64,000 nt of DNA from Utricularia gibba (lineage: Eukaryota; Plantae; Magnoliophyta). Under the pieces are notes generated by a model. That model was not told where the DNA came from, made no database searches, and worked only from the letters and a program-made list of their open reading frames with translations. Both the position numbers and the translations under genes were made by a program. How positions within the stretch are numbered: the first letter of the stretch is position 1; every line of letters starts with the position of its first letter. The DNA is taken from assembly GCA_002189035.1 (NCBI GenBank), contig CM007990.1:1798001-1862000 (forward strand), read 5' to 3'. Positions 1 through 11,465 of this stretch are shown piece by piece.

Positions 1-1044
1 AGAAGAATTACAACTTCACAGATTGCAAGCTCAATTGAATGAAAACGATGTTATCGCAATGGCTCAACAAAGAGACATACCTTCGACAAGTGCGGGCACA
101 AACAAAGATAAAGGAAAAGGTAGAGGCAGACCCAAAGGAAAGGAAAAAAAATGAAAAAGAGTCATTAACAATGTTGTGTTTTTTTTTTCAAAAGATTTGA
201 CTTATTTTGTAGTATTATATTTCATTTGTGACAATCTAATTATTTCGAAAATGTCGCTTAATTTTCTAATAACTAATTGACATTTTTTCTAGTAAAATTA
301 TAAAATTAAACGTAAAAGCAAACATACAAATTACAAAAGAGATAACAACAATATTTGTTTTTTCCAGTAAAATTAAATTATTTCGTATTATTATGGCTCG
401 CTCATACCTAAACGGCACCTACTTATTTAGTAGGTGCCACTACTAGAAAATTATTTCGTATCATTTTTTTATACGTCCTACTAAATTCTCTAATGTGTAG
501 GTATCGCTTCAAATTTTTAATAACTGAATCATGTTTTTTCTATTAATTATAAAATTGAACATAAAAAACAATCATACGAATTACAAAATGGACGATAACA
601 ATATTTATTAATTTTTAGTGAAGTTAACTTATTTCGTATTATATTATATATTGAACATATACCAAATTATTTATTATATATTGAACTTATATCAAATTTA
701 TTTATTTCATATTATTATATTAAACTCCCACCAAGTTACTTATTTTACAGATGATGTTAATATAATATTATTATGTTTCATTTTTATGTGAAACTGTAAG
801 ACTAAATTCTTTAAATGTATTCACTTTTTAATAATAAAAAAATATTTTCTCATAAATACTAAAGATTTAAATTAAAAATAATTTATTAGAAATATAGTTG
901 AAAAAAATAATTTTTCGTATATATATATTAATTTTATTTAAAATAAAAATCAATTCTTTAAATATTTAATATTTATTAAAAATTTCAATTACACACACCA
1001 ATAATTATTCATATAGATGCCTGGAAAGCAACTACAAACAATAA

Positions 1045-1241
1045 CCGCGGTTCCGGTTACAGTTCGGTTTCGTAAATCTCGGTTTCGGTTTTGAACCGAA
1101 ACCGTCCGTACGATTCCAGTTTCGGTTCGGTTCAAACCTTCCGGATACGGTTCCGAACCGAAACCGGAATCGTTGCCCATGACGAACCGTGGTTTTGGAA
1201 CCGACGATTCGCTGGAACCGTTCGAACCGAACCCACCTCTA
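1045..1241. mobile_element. Right end of a hAT-type DNA transposon (subterminal repeat array plus TIR); left end probably outside the window
   Basis: Dense AACCG/CGGTT subterminal repeats from about 1045 to 1230 end in ...cccacctcta (reverse complement TAGAGGTGG), a hAT-like terminus. No matching left TIR or TSD is visible in the window. Confidence 0.6.
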
Positions 1242-1552
1242 GTTCCATATCACACAAAAATATCGTTGTCTACAAAACTTGTAACCATCATTCAATGCAC
1301 TTGAGACACTCTTATTGGCTAGTAACCAAAATAATTTAAATTATATTATATTTAGACTTTTAGTATTAATTCGCAGAAATTAATTGATAAGTCAATGCCT
1401 CCGACCATGATGAAAATAAATAATCTTTTTTGTTTGTACTTTTGTTTTTCCATCGCAGTTTCTCGTTCTCGACGTCACTGCCTCCGCCGATATGACTTTC
1501 CGCTCGGCGCTCCCCCTAAATTCTTAGCCGGTTTTCATGGTCGTCACCCGTA

Positions 1553-2623
1553 ATGGTCTCGTCAACTCTCTCCACCGTTATTCCTGCGATCTTCCTCGTT
1601 TTCTGCTTGCCCCTTTTCTACTTCTTCGCGCCGCACTTTCATCCGTCCTGCATAACCTCCATTTCTGTCCCCGATGATACGTCTCTTCTTCACAGAGCTG
1701 TCGCGATGGATGCCGGCGGTTTTCACCGCCGCAGCTCCAGGCGCCACCCTTCCGTCGTATCCCGTCTTTCCACCTACGTGAACCCTCCCAAAATTGCTTT
1801 CCTCTTCCTCTCTAACTCGCAACTCTATTTCGCTCCTTTGTGGGAAGAGTTCTTCCAGAATGTAAACTTTGAAAGGTACAACATATACGTCCACATCGAT
1901 CCTGATGTGAAAATTCCTCCTCTGAAAGGCGTTTTTCGAGGGAAACTCATCCATTCGAAGAAAACTTACAGATCTTCACCCACACTCATCTCCGCCGTGC
2001 GCCGCCTTCTTGCCACGGCGATTCATGATGACTCAGCTAACACCTACTTCGCCCTCGTCTCTCAGTACTGCATCCCACTTCACTCTTTCACCTATTTATA
2101 CAGCTTCCTGTTTGATCAGAAGAAACTGTCGAGGGACTCAGTTTTCCAAAGCTACATTGAGATCCTTGACAATGAACCCACATTATGGAGCAGGTACAAC
2201 GCTAGAGGTGAGGGCGTAATGATCCCTGAAGTTTATTTCCATGAATTCCGAGTGGGGTCTCAGTTTTTCATGCTCACTCGAAAGCATGCTTTGATGGTGA
2301 TTAATGACACGGAGCTATGGAGCAAGTTCAAGCTGCCATGCTTGAATGTGCACACATGCTATCCAGAGGAGCATTATTTCCCTACACTGCTGTCCATGAA
2401 GGATCCAGACGGCTGCAGTCACTACACCTTAACGAGAGTCAACTGGACCAACAGCGTAGATGGCCATCCATATACTTATCAGCCGGCTGAGGTCTCCCCC
2501 AGTCTTATTTACAACCTCAGGAAATCAAGTTTCACATACTCTTACATGTTTGCAAGGAAATTCTCTCCGGACTGCTTGGGCCCTTTAATGGAGATTGCAG
2601 GTTCTGTTATTTTCAAGGACTAA
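1553..2623 (+). CDS. Core-2/I-branching beta-1,6-GlcNAc-transferase family protein (DUF266 / GT14-like, BC10-like), single coding exon, 356 aa
   Basis: N-terminal TM anchor; motifs KIAFLFL, LWEEFF, YNIYVH, FALVSQYCIPLHSF, GSQFF, CYPEEHYFPTLL, TRVNW, GHP, FARKFSPDCL. Confidence 0.93.
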   Translation: MVSSTLSTVIPAIFLVFCLPLFYFFAPHFHPSCITSISVPDDTSLLHRAVAMDAGGFHRRSSRRHPSVVSRLSTYVNPPKIAFLFLSNSQLYFAPLWEEFFQNVNFERYNIYVHIDPDVKIPPLKGVFRGKLIHSKKTYRSSPTLISAVRRLLATAIHDDSANTYFALVSQYCIPLHSFTYLYSFLFDQKKLSRDSVFQSYIEILDNEPTLWSRYNARGEGVMIPEVYFHEFRVGSQFFMLTRKHALMVINDTELWSKFKLPCLNVHTCYPEEHYFPTLLSMKDPDGCSHYTLTRVNWTNSVDGHPYTYQPAEVSPSLIYNLRKSSFTYSYMFARKFSPDCLGPLMEIAGSVIFKD

Positions 2624-4244
2624 CTTTACATGATAAGTCATTCCTGTCGCTGATACGTGACTTTCGAGTTGTGTTGTCTTCTTGGAAGCACATCTCTTGC
2701 GTGATAAACTAGGAATTGGTGATTCCCGGGTAGTTTTTCTTTAAATTTAACAATAAATATTCATTTATTTAATTAACGAATCAAAGTATTAATTTATTTA
2801 TTTGATTTTCTCATATTTTAATTCATTTTTATCTCGAATATTTCAATTATCATCCATGGATCATCATTTATTTGTTATCGTATTAATTTTTGTATTGTTT
2901 TTTATGAATACTTAATTTGATTAAAAACTATGTTATTTTAGTAATTTTAACAATGATTCAATATAATTTAAATATTACAAATTGAAATTAATTCAACACA
3001 TCTACAATTTTTCAAATCACATATCAACACATCCAAATCCATAAATCAATGAATCCACATATCCTCACCTATACATCGTAGATAATAAAAGATTTCCTTG
3101 TAGTCTCTTGTTGCTATTGTAACTAAACATGAATGGATCTCAGTGGTATTTGAAGGCAATGTTATGGTTGTTTAGGTGGGACAATTGTTCAGTTTGTGGT
3201 CACCATTTAGGTTCTTTATGTGGAACTGTACTTTTGGAATCTTAGGCCACCATTCTAACCAACCCTAACCCTTAGCCATTTGTGTTTACTCCATATTGCT
3301 CCCGTCTGCTCATTGAAAATAATGTCCCCCCTTCCCTTTACCTACCAACTTTGCAGACTCTAAGAAGAAGCACGTAAACCTTTTTGTCATTGCAGATGAC
3401 CAAAAAGACAGAAATAGGAGAGGGTATTGCATGAGAGGCTGCAAAAAGTGAAATACCTTCAACTCGAAGACGAGAAATAAACTTGTGCTTGTTGTAATCT
3501 GGAGTAGAAAGGTGATGAATGCTCTTCCATGAAATGTGAGGGGATCCGTGCAACAAAATTCAAGTGTAAATAAGCTATTTTATTACGGGAGGCACCTATT
3601 GAGGAGACGACCAAATGGGATGCAGTGCATATGAATTGAAAACACCGTGTAATACGTAGTGTGATCAGTGGTCAACACAAGGCCAATCCAATGCGTACAA
3701 TTTTCCTACCTACAGCACAGCAGCATGGCCAGCTTGCGCCCATAAAACAGAAGTAAGATAATGAATGTGCATTTATTTGTATTCAATAAATGACCTCTGG
3801 ACATTTTCCATTTGGCCTTCAATCCCATATCAGGTCAATGCTTGAACACCGAAAAAGATCTTTTGAGATGATCTAAAGCTTTTTAGGAAAAGTGATATTA
3901 ACCCGAAAGAAAATCAATATCAAAAGGTAATGAAAGACAAAAGCCAAATATATGACAAAACCTTAATCAGGTGAAACCCCCTTCAGCTTCATCAAACTTT
4001 GGTATACTATACCCAACTCTCAAAAAGTCATATTCTGGAAGGCACCCGTTCTACGATTCTTTGTCATCATAAACATATCCATACCATGATTAAACAAGAA
4101 GATAAGAAGCATTGTGCTAAACGAAATTTTGATGGTTTTTGGCAAATTGTGCAAAGTGGACTCTGTTCCGTTGGCCTATCATAATTCATACCAGTCGTGT
4201 GTGCAAGGCAGGCTAATTTGTGAATACCGGTAGTGAACAAATAA

Positions 4245-6754
4245 TCACCCTCGTTTCACTGGCCTTTGAACATATGATTTGTTTGGGTCCTCAGTTTTGA
4301 GCTTTGGAGGCCGAACTTCCCCCTTCTTCACCTGCCAAAGAAAGTCACCCAAATGAGAATTCTTCGACAATTTTTTTTTTCTTCAAAGTACCTATTGTGC
4401 TATCGAAACGTAAGAGATGCAGAGGATAGTTTACCTTCTTTCCACCCTTCATAAAATCTCTCCAGCTTGAAACCTGTTGATCAGTATGCACAAAATAGAA
4501 GTCATTTTTTTTTTCTACTGATTTTGAATTTTTCACTGAAAAAACGGGAAAATCATTTTAGCATTCAGATTTTTAGTGTGCGCAAATCATTTTGCAGGAT
4601 GGAATACATGAATCACCAGCATGCTTAATCAAATGCACGTAAGAATGGGTAACCAAGAGATTTTTATCGTGTTCATGCAGTTGATGGTGGGACTATTTAA
4701 GATAATTTGAAATGAGTCACGCAGTAGATGGTGCATGATAAGTGGAAAAGGCGCCGTAGCAAGGGAAACCAACTCAAAATATGATGTGAAGTAACTGACT
4801 AAATGAGACCGATGCCATAAGGAGTGCTGAAGCTAACCCTTTGTTCTCTCGTCCCTTCCCACTGCTCTTCATGCTCACGCTTGCGTTTCCACAACTCCTT
4901 AGTTTCCTCTTCATCTTTCTTTAAACGCCCTTCCTCCTCTGATATCTATGATGTTCACACAAGCCTTGTTTCTAAACAGGATAAAAAAAAAATTAAGTGG
5001 TAACATATCCTGCGCACCCTCATCTGCATCTTCCTTCTCCTCCATTCCTGATCTGTTAAGAGTTCTCGAACCTTCAGTTTTAACTGTTGCTGGAATTCCT
5101 CAGAACGTTCATATTCCTGCTCATATTTCCCCTGCTCATATATTTTATAAAGAAAAGATAATGATTTAGAAAATGTAGAATCAGCAACCACAAAATCAAT
5201 ACAGCTTAGCTGGAAGAGCAAGAGACTTTTTTTTTTAATGAAAAGCAGCAAATAAGAGAGCATTAACAATATATGTTCCAAATGAAAGAAAATGACTTAA
5301 TATGAATGTATTGTTCAAATTGATTGACATTACGTCATCCACCAACGATTTTATTTTTGCAGCATTGTCCTTTTTCAGCTGTTTCTTTCTCTTTGTCTGA
5401 ATTTCTTCTGCAGAGACATTAAGCATGCGGAGTCAGCCAGCACATTGATCCACCTTTTGATGTCATAGAGAGGTAGGACAATAAAACAGCAAACTCAGGA
5501 TGAAATCCACAACCTTTTGCAGCGGTGACTTGGTTCAAAATATACTCCCTCTCCTTTGGGTCAAGCAGTATCTGTTGGGCTTTTGCTAATGCTATCACAC
5601 ACAAGAAAAGAAAGTAAAAAATAATACAGGAGACGAATATTATGGAAAAGAAATCTTGTCCTTAATGTCGAAACATGGATTGCACATAATTCAGCGAAGT
5701 ATATCCACGTAAGCAACTAGTGCAGTAAATTAATGGACAATGTAGCGATTGAGTACTTTATCGGAATTGGAAATCATCCTAGACTACAAGCCATTAGAAA
5801 GAATAATTACCAAGGCTGTGAACTACCATAAGGAACACAATTAAACTGATAAAACCAAGCATGTGGCACTTCAAACAAGGCATGCATTTGATAAGGCAGC
5901 AATAAAAGAAAAGCTTGCTTCTGAACTACAAGGTTGACAGCACCAATAATGACAGAATTACCTCCAAATGCCTCCTTAGCTTGTGGATGCTTACACTTAT
6001 CAGGATGAACAAGTAAAGACAACTGTCGAACGAGAATATGAAAATAAGGCCGTTAAAAAATTTCATGTGGCGTGAGCATACCAGGATGCTTCAATGTTTC
6101 CGATCACAACAAAAATAAATCACCTTACGATATTGCCTTTTCACATCGTCCACAGAGGAATCAAATGGTAGATTTAGGTACTCAAAAGCATTCAACGTGA
6201 AACAAGAAAGGATCCTGACGCAGAATAAATGGAGTTTACATCATCAATACAGCAATGGTGGATAACTGCATAAAATTATGACGACGAAGTGCAGTCAATA
6301 AATGAGTCACATACTACAAGGATTAAAATCAATACCCTCTGGGTGACCTTCGGATTTCTCATGAATTCAATAAAAAAAAAAAACTCGCAAAGCTTCCCCT
6401 ATTACATTTTCAGGTAATCATCACTGAATGCCAAAAAATGATTCCCTAAATGTTCACAACCCCAAAATAAATGAAGTTTCTTCTCCCAAAACTGTTATGG
6501 GATTTCCAGGAAACAAAAGGCGTAATAATGACAATTAGCTGATAATGAAACTAAAAACAACAAAAAGCAAAAGACAAAACAACAATTGATTCGCAAACTA
6601 CAATTTCTTGAAGGCAGAGAAGAGAGTGAACGGAACCAACTAACCTATTCACTTCGTTCTCGCGTTCAACCTCGCCGACTTCAGCAAAGAATTTCCTCAG
6701 AAGAAGATCTTCGTCGGGAGTGGTGCCGGAGGTAGTCCCGCCATCGTCGCCCAT
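4245..6754 (-). CDS. DNAJC8/Spf31-type J-domain protein, multi-exon
   Basis: Exons join in frame with GT-AG sites: MGDDGG...LLRKFFAEVGEVERENEVNR / ILSCFTLNAFEYLNLPFDSSVDDVKRQYRK / LSLLVHPDKCKHPQAKEAFG (HPD motif) / ALAKAQQILLDP... / ...VSSWRDFMKGGKK / VKKGEVRPPKLKTEDPNKSYVQRPVKRG*. ATG at 6754, stop at 4245-4247. Confidence 0.92.
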
Positions 6755-6814
6755 CAACGGCTCTAGTTTTGGAATACGTGAATTGATTAACTCAACTTTG
6801 TTGTCATGTCATGC

Positions 6815-7100
6815 ACTCCGGTGGTAGGCACGGGCCGAGCCGTGCCGGGGTCGGGCTCATAAATCACCGGTCAGTAGTCCATCAGGCCTAGGATATGATA
6901 GTAATTTAAGTGGCCGCCCCGTGACCCGTTTTCCAAACGGGGCGAGCCGGGCCAGTGCGGCCCCCAATATAATATTATTGAAAAGCAAAACGCGGCCTGG
7001 GATATCCGGCCATGTGGCCAACGACCCGATGTCCGTACAGGCCAATGCCGGCCCAGCTCCAAAAACCGCCGTCTCATCTCGTTGCCTGTACGCCCAGATT
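6815..7100. mobile_element. GC-rich hAT/MITE-like subterminal remnant immediately upstream of the DNAJC8-like gene
   Basis: GGCACGGGCCGAGCCGTGCCGGG and repeated GGGCC/GGCCC motifs resemble hAT subterminal arrays. No paired TIR or TSD found. Confidence 0.35.
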
Positions 7101-8145
7101 TTCAATACAGCTTAGAACAAAAATTTTAATGGTTGTATAACCCTAATTGATAAACATTTGTAAAATACTTACTTTCAGTATAACATATTTAATATAATAT
7201 AAATAAATAATTTTTTATTTACGAAAAATTGTAATATAAAATTAAATATACTTGATATATGTATATATATATATATATTTAATTTTATATAATTAATATT
7301 TCAATTTTATATTCTTATTTATATCAAAATTATAAATAAGAATGTCTGTAAAACAATTTACGTGCATGACTTATCACTCATATAAATGTACATTATTCTA
7401 TACATGTAATTTATAAATTTAACAACGTTCATATACAAGTCATTCTACAGACATGACTTATCATACATAATGTCGAAATAAGGTTAAGGTGAGGATACCT
7501 CATACTTGTCACTTATGCTATCACCCATGTCCGCATAACCGGAAAATCATTCTATAGGCAAGGATCATGATACATGCACTTATTAATTTTAGATTTGTAA
7601 TACGAGCGTAAAGTAAATTATAAACAATGTGATAAAAATATTTAATACATAAATATCTATTTATTTATGTCTTTATATTGATGTGGTCAGAATATTTCAC
7701 ATTTATTTTTATATCTATATCACTCTCTATATATATTTTTTATTAATATTATAATAAAAATAATGAATTTAATATTATTTATATTTAAATTATATAATAT
7801 TGAAAAACAATTTAATAAAATTAGATATATTTAATTATTTAATTTTAAAAATATAACATAAATATTGGTATGAATATATCGTAATTATTTTAAAATTGGT
7901 ATCATAATAAATTAATATAAAAAAATAAGAAAATATTTATAGAAAACCATTATTAAAATTAGAGATAACCATAGTATGTGTTGATCCATTCAACCCATAG
8001 GTTAACTTGTATTGTATGGCTACGAGTTACCCATACCAATATTGTACGGGTAGGGGTAAAGTCTCCTCAAAAAAAAATGAGTTGACTTGTTCGATTGAGA
8101 TAATCCACAAATGTCCCATTAAAGTTGGGATAAATTTAGGGCTAG

Positions 8146-8675
8146 TGTTAGGGGTGAAAATTGATGCTTGTGAAGGAATTGATTTTCGGGTGAAAGGTGC
8201 AATCGGGAAATTCCATACCTTCTTATGTTTTTCGCAATTTTGTTTGGTTTGGTTAACGGGAACGAGGGTAAGCGGAGATTTTTACATGGAAACCATCGTA
8301 AGATGAAAAAAACCACGGAGGTGTCGAAGCTCGCCAGAGAAAGTTCTTACTAGAGGGATGTGGTGAATGAATGTGAAGGTTAGGAGGCTTAGGATTGAAC
8401 CCTCTCTCCGTTATGATTTCTTCTATTTATAGAGGAGGTCGACCCGACCGAATCATGAGCTCCACAAGTGTCGGCTAACTTTCTGCTGTGATCTTGCTTT
8501 TCAGACAATCGCCGCCCATCCTGCCGTGACTCCGTTAATCTTCAAACTGTGTCATACTGCCCTTGTCAGATCTATGACACATATCGATCTGTCGACAGAC
8601 ATTGTCTCATCAAAACCTCACTTGACAGCCTTTCAGAAACTGATCATCCTCAACTCAACTGATTGTATCCTATCA
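8146..8675 (-). mobile_element. Solo LTR, 530 bp
   Basis: Termini TGTTAGG...CCTATCA form an inverted repeat (6/7, TG...CA). Flanking 5-mers are gctag (8141-8145) and actag (8676-8680), a TSD with one mismatch. A CTATAAATAG TATA box lies on the minus strand. Confidence 0.75.
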
Positions 8676-10539
8676 ACTAGGCTTGACACCCAGCCCATTA
8701 TAAGTCCCACGCAATGGGATGTAAACGAGGGCGAGCCATTTGTTAGGGCACGATGCTTTATTAATTGTGGTTGAATGCATAAGAGAGAGAGATAGACCCA
8801 ATTAATAATTAGGATGCACAATTTAATTGCACGTTCATCACACACTTCTTCCATTTTTTTTTTATCAATCATCATGTGATCTCCATGCTAACCCTCCTCT
8901 CCCCAGACCACCTTGACTCTTTTCTTCTATCAATAGATCATAACCCAACAACCGATACTAGAGTGACATGTGAGTATAAATTGAGTCAAAATCTATTTAC
9001 TTGTGACCCATGGTATGAACTGCCTTGGTTGACCCATGACTCGATCTTTTATGATTGATGTTGATGTCTATACAAAATGATCTCAACTCAATTTATTTAA
9101 TTCAAAAATATATTATTATATAGGCTAAAAGATATAATTACATCTTAATTTTTTAAATTTTTTTTTAAAAAACTAAATATGAAAATCTATTAATCAAATA
9201 TCCCGATAAATTATAAATAATTATTTAATAAAAATAATGACAAACGTTAAAATGAACATTACATAAGTTTCAAATAAAAAAATAAAAAATACTCAATTCA
9301 TATAAACCAAATAATCAAATGATATATAATATAATAAGTGAAATATAGAAGAAATAAAAATGTGATTAAAAATATTTTAAACCATTAAATAACTCATAAA
9401 ATAAATTTAAAATAAAATATGCATTTGAGCCAAATAACATTTAAGTATCTCATGATAATACAAATTAAAAATAAAAAAATAGTCACTTGATTCAAATAAT
9501 ATTTAAAAATCAATTAATATTTAAAATAACCACACTCATGCACAAATGCACAATTTAAGTATAACCGTTTGCGTGCATACAGGCATTGTTTAAGCATAAT
9601 CTATGCTCATATCATATATAAATGAATATGGTCTAAGCATAAATCATGTCTATAATTTAATTGACATTATTTTTCTTTTTTAAACATAATGATTGAAGAT
9701 TTGATTTATGTTCATTATATATTAGATCTTTTTAATAAATAACTAATTATAATTATATTTTTATATATTAAAAAATAATTAATTATATTTACAAAAAATA
9801 GAAATACAACTATAAATGTATACACTACTTTAATTCTACCGTGTGACATTTTGTATATACCTTTTGAGTGTGACAAATACGTAAAAAAATGCATACGCAT
9901 GAGTTATGTATAATTAATTTGCATAGTCTATTGTATACATATTTTAATTTTTAATTGATAATGAATATAAACCAAGTTGGTACCATTTAAAAATCATGAA
10001 GTTTTTTTCTCAAAAATTTTACTATAAAAATGTAATATTACACAAATATTGCATAGAGTTAACCAACGTCCATATAAGCTATAATCCAAAATTCTAAATT
10101 TCATTTTAAAAAAATCATATAGTTTAAATTTATTTTTATTTTCATTATTTATAATTATATATCATACTAAATAAATGATTAATTAGAAATAGATTATTAA
10201 TAATTATATTGTTTATATCTATGTATTATGTAACATAATTGTTATTTATAGAATATTTATTATACTTCTATATTTACATAAATAATGAATTAATTACATA
10301 TATATTATTTACATATATATTAATATATTTAATTAAATAATAGATTAGTTATATATATTTATTTATTTATTAAAATAATAAAATTTCCTAAATAATGAAT
10401 TGATTATACTCATATTATTTATATATATATTTATCTAAATAATATATTACTACATATATTTTTTTACACATATATTTATTACATTTATATATTTAGTTGA
10501 ATAATAGATTAATTATATATATATTTATTATATATACAA

Positions 10540-11465
10540 TGGTACCAAAAATGGACACCAAGTTATAGAATTTTGAGAGAAAAATAGAACGTTGGTATGA
10601 ACACTAAATCTGCAACATAAATGGATCGTGAGGAGATTGCATGAATCGGCATGGAATGCAAATCGGAACATAGATAAAAGACCGACGTACAAACCATAAT
10701 CGGCCTACAAATTGGAGGCCATGAAATCGGAACATAGATGGACGCAGACTTGCAAAAGCTGGAGCGGAATGGTGTTAGACCTAAGCCGCTCTAATAGAAT
10801 CTTAAAAATGATTAACTTGCAGGAGCATCAAAGTAGTCGACGATTATATGCCAATAGGACATCAAAGAGGATCCAGAAAAATCCTATTAATGGAGTCGGG
10901 AAATCGGTTAGTGTCATGTGAAGATGAATAGAGGAGATATTTACGATGCAACAAATAAAGAATAATAAATATGGTTCATATTGAATAAAATTGGATGGGA
11001 GAAGATTTTAAATATGCTTTGACCACCTATCATAGGAGGACAAATCGAGTGTTAGAATTGAGTAATGACGATCCATTCGATAGTCTGAAAAGTAGTCGAA
11101 TTGCAAAACAATCGGCAATTATTTGTCAATATGACCACAATACATTTGTTAGACGCAAAAAATAGCCTATACCTATAGAATTCGATCGGATTGGTTCTTT
11201 TTATAAATATAATGATGTTTGAAGAAAAAAAGATTGAACTCTCTGCATTTTTACTTATATAATTTTTAGTGGAATTTTTCTCTTCAATAAGTTTTCTCAA
11301 TTCCTTAGTTTTCTGTCACAGTGATTTTCACGTAAAAATCTTATGTCTCCTATTTCTTCCTTTTCGAATATCAAAGTCGAAACCTAATAATGAAAAATCG
11401 GTCAATAACCGATTTGGCCTCAAAAATTAACGAACCATTATCAAAATCGATTTTTGATCACAACA
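10540..11465 (+). mobile_element. LTR-like relic (Gypsy-type), probably 5'-truncated
   Basis: GC-richer block inserted in an AT-repeat tract. It has internal repeats (aatcggaacatagat twice), a TATAAATA followed by a CT-rich stretch, and the 3' end ...ttttgatcacaaca typical of LTR ends. The 5' TG terminus and TSD are not convincing. Confidence 0.45.

Noticed and set aside
438-450. CACTACTAGAAAA resembling a CACTA TIR
   Set aside because: No matching inverted terminus or 3-bp TSD was found in the window, and it overlaps the hairpin described separately.
989-1339. ORFs with repeated RNRT/FGS peptides
   Set aside because: These are translations of hAT subterminal repeats, not genes.
1562-1954. 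130-aa antisense ORF, and similar shadows (35706-36098, 22511-22747, 44438-44713, 26248-26460)
   Set aside because: These lie opposite well-supported CDS, are explained by codon bias, and contain no recognisable domains.
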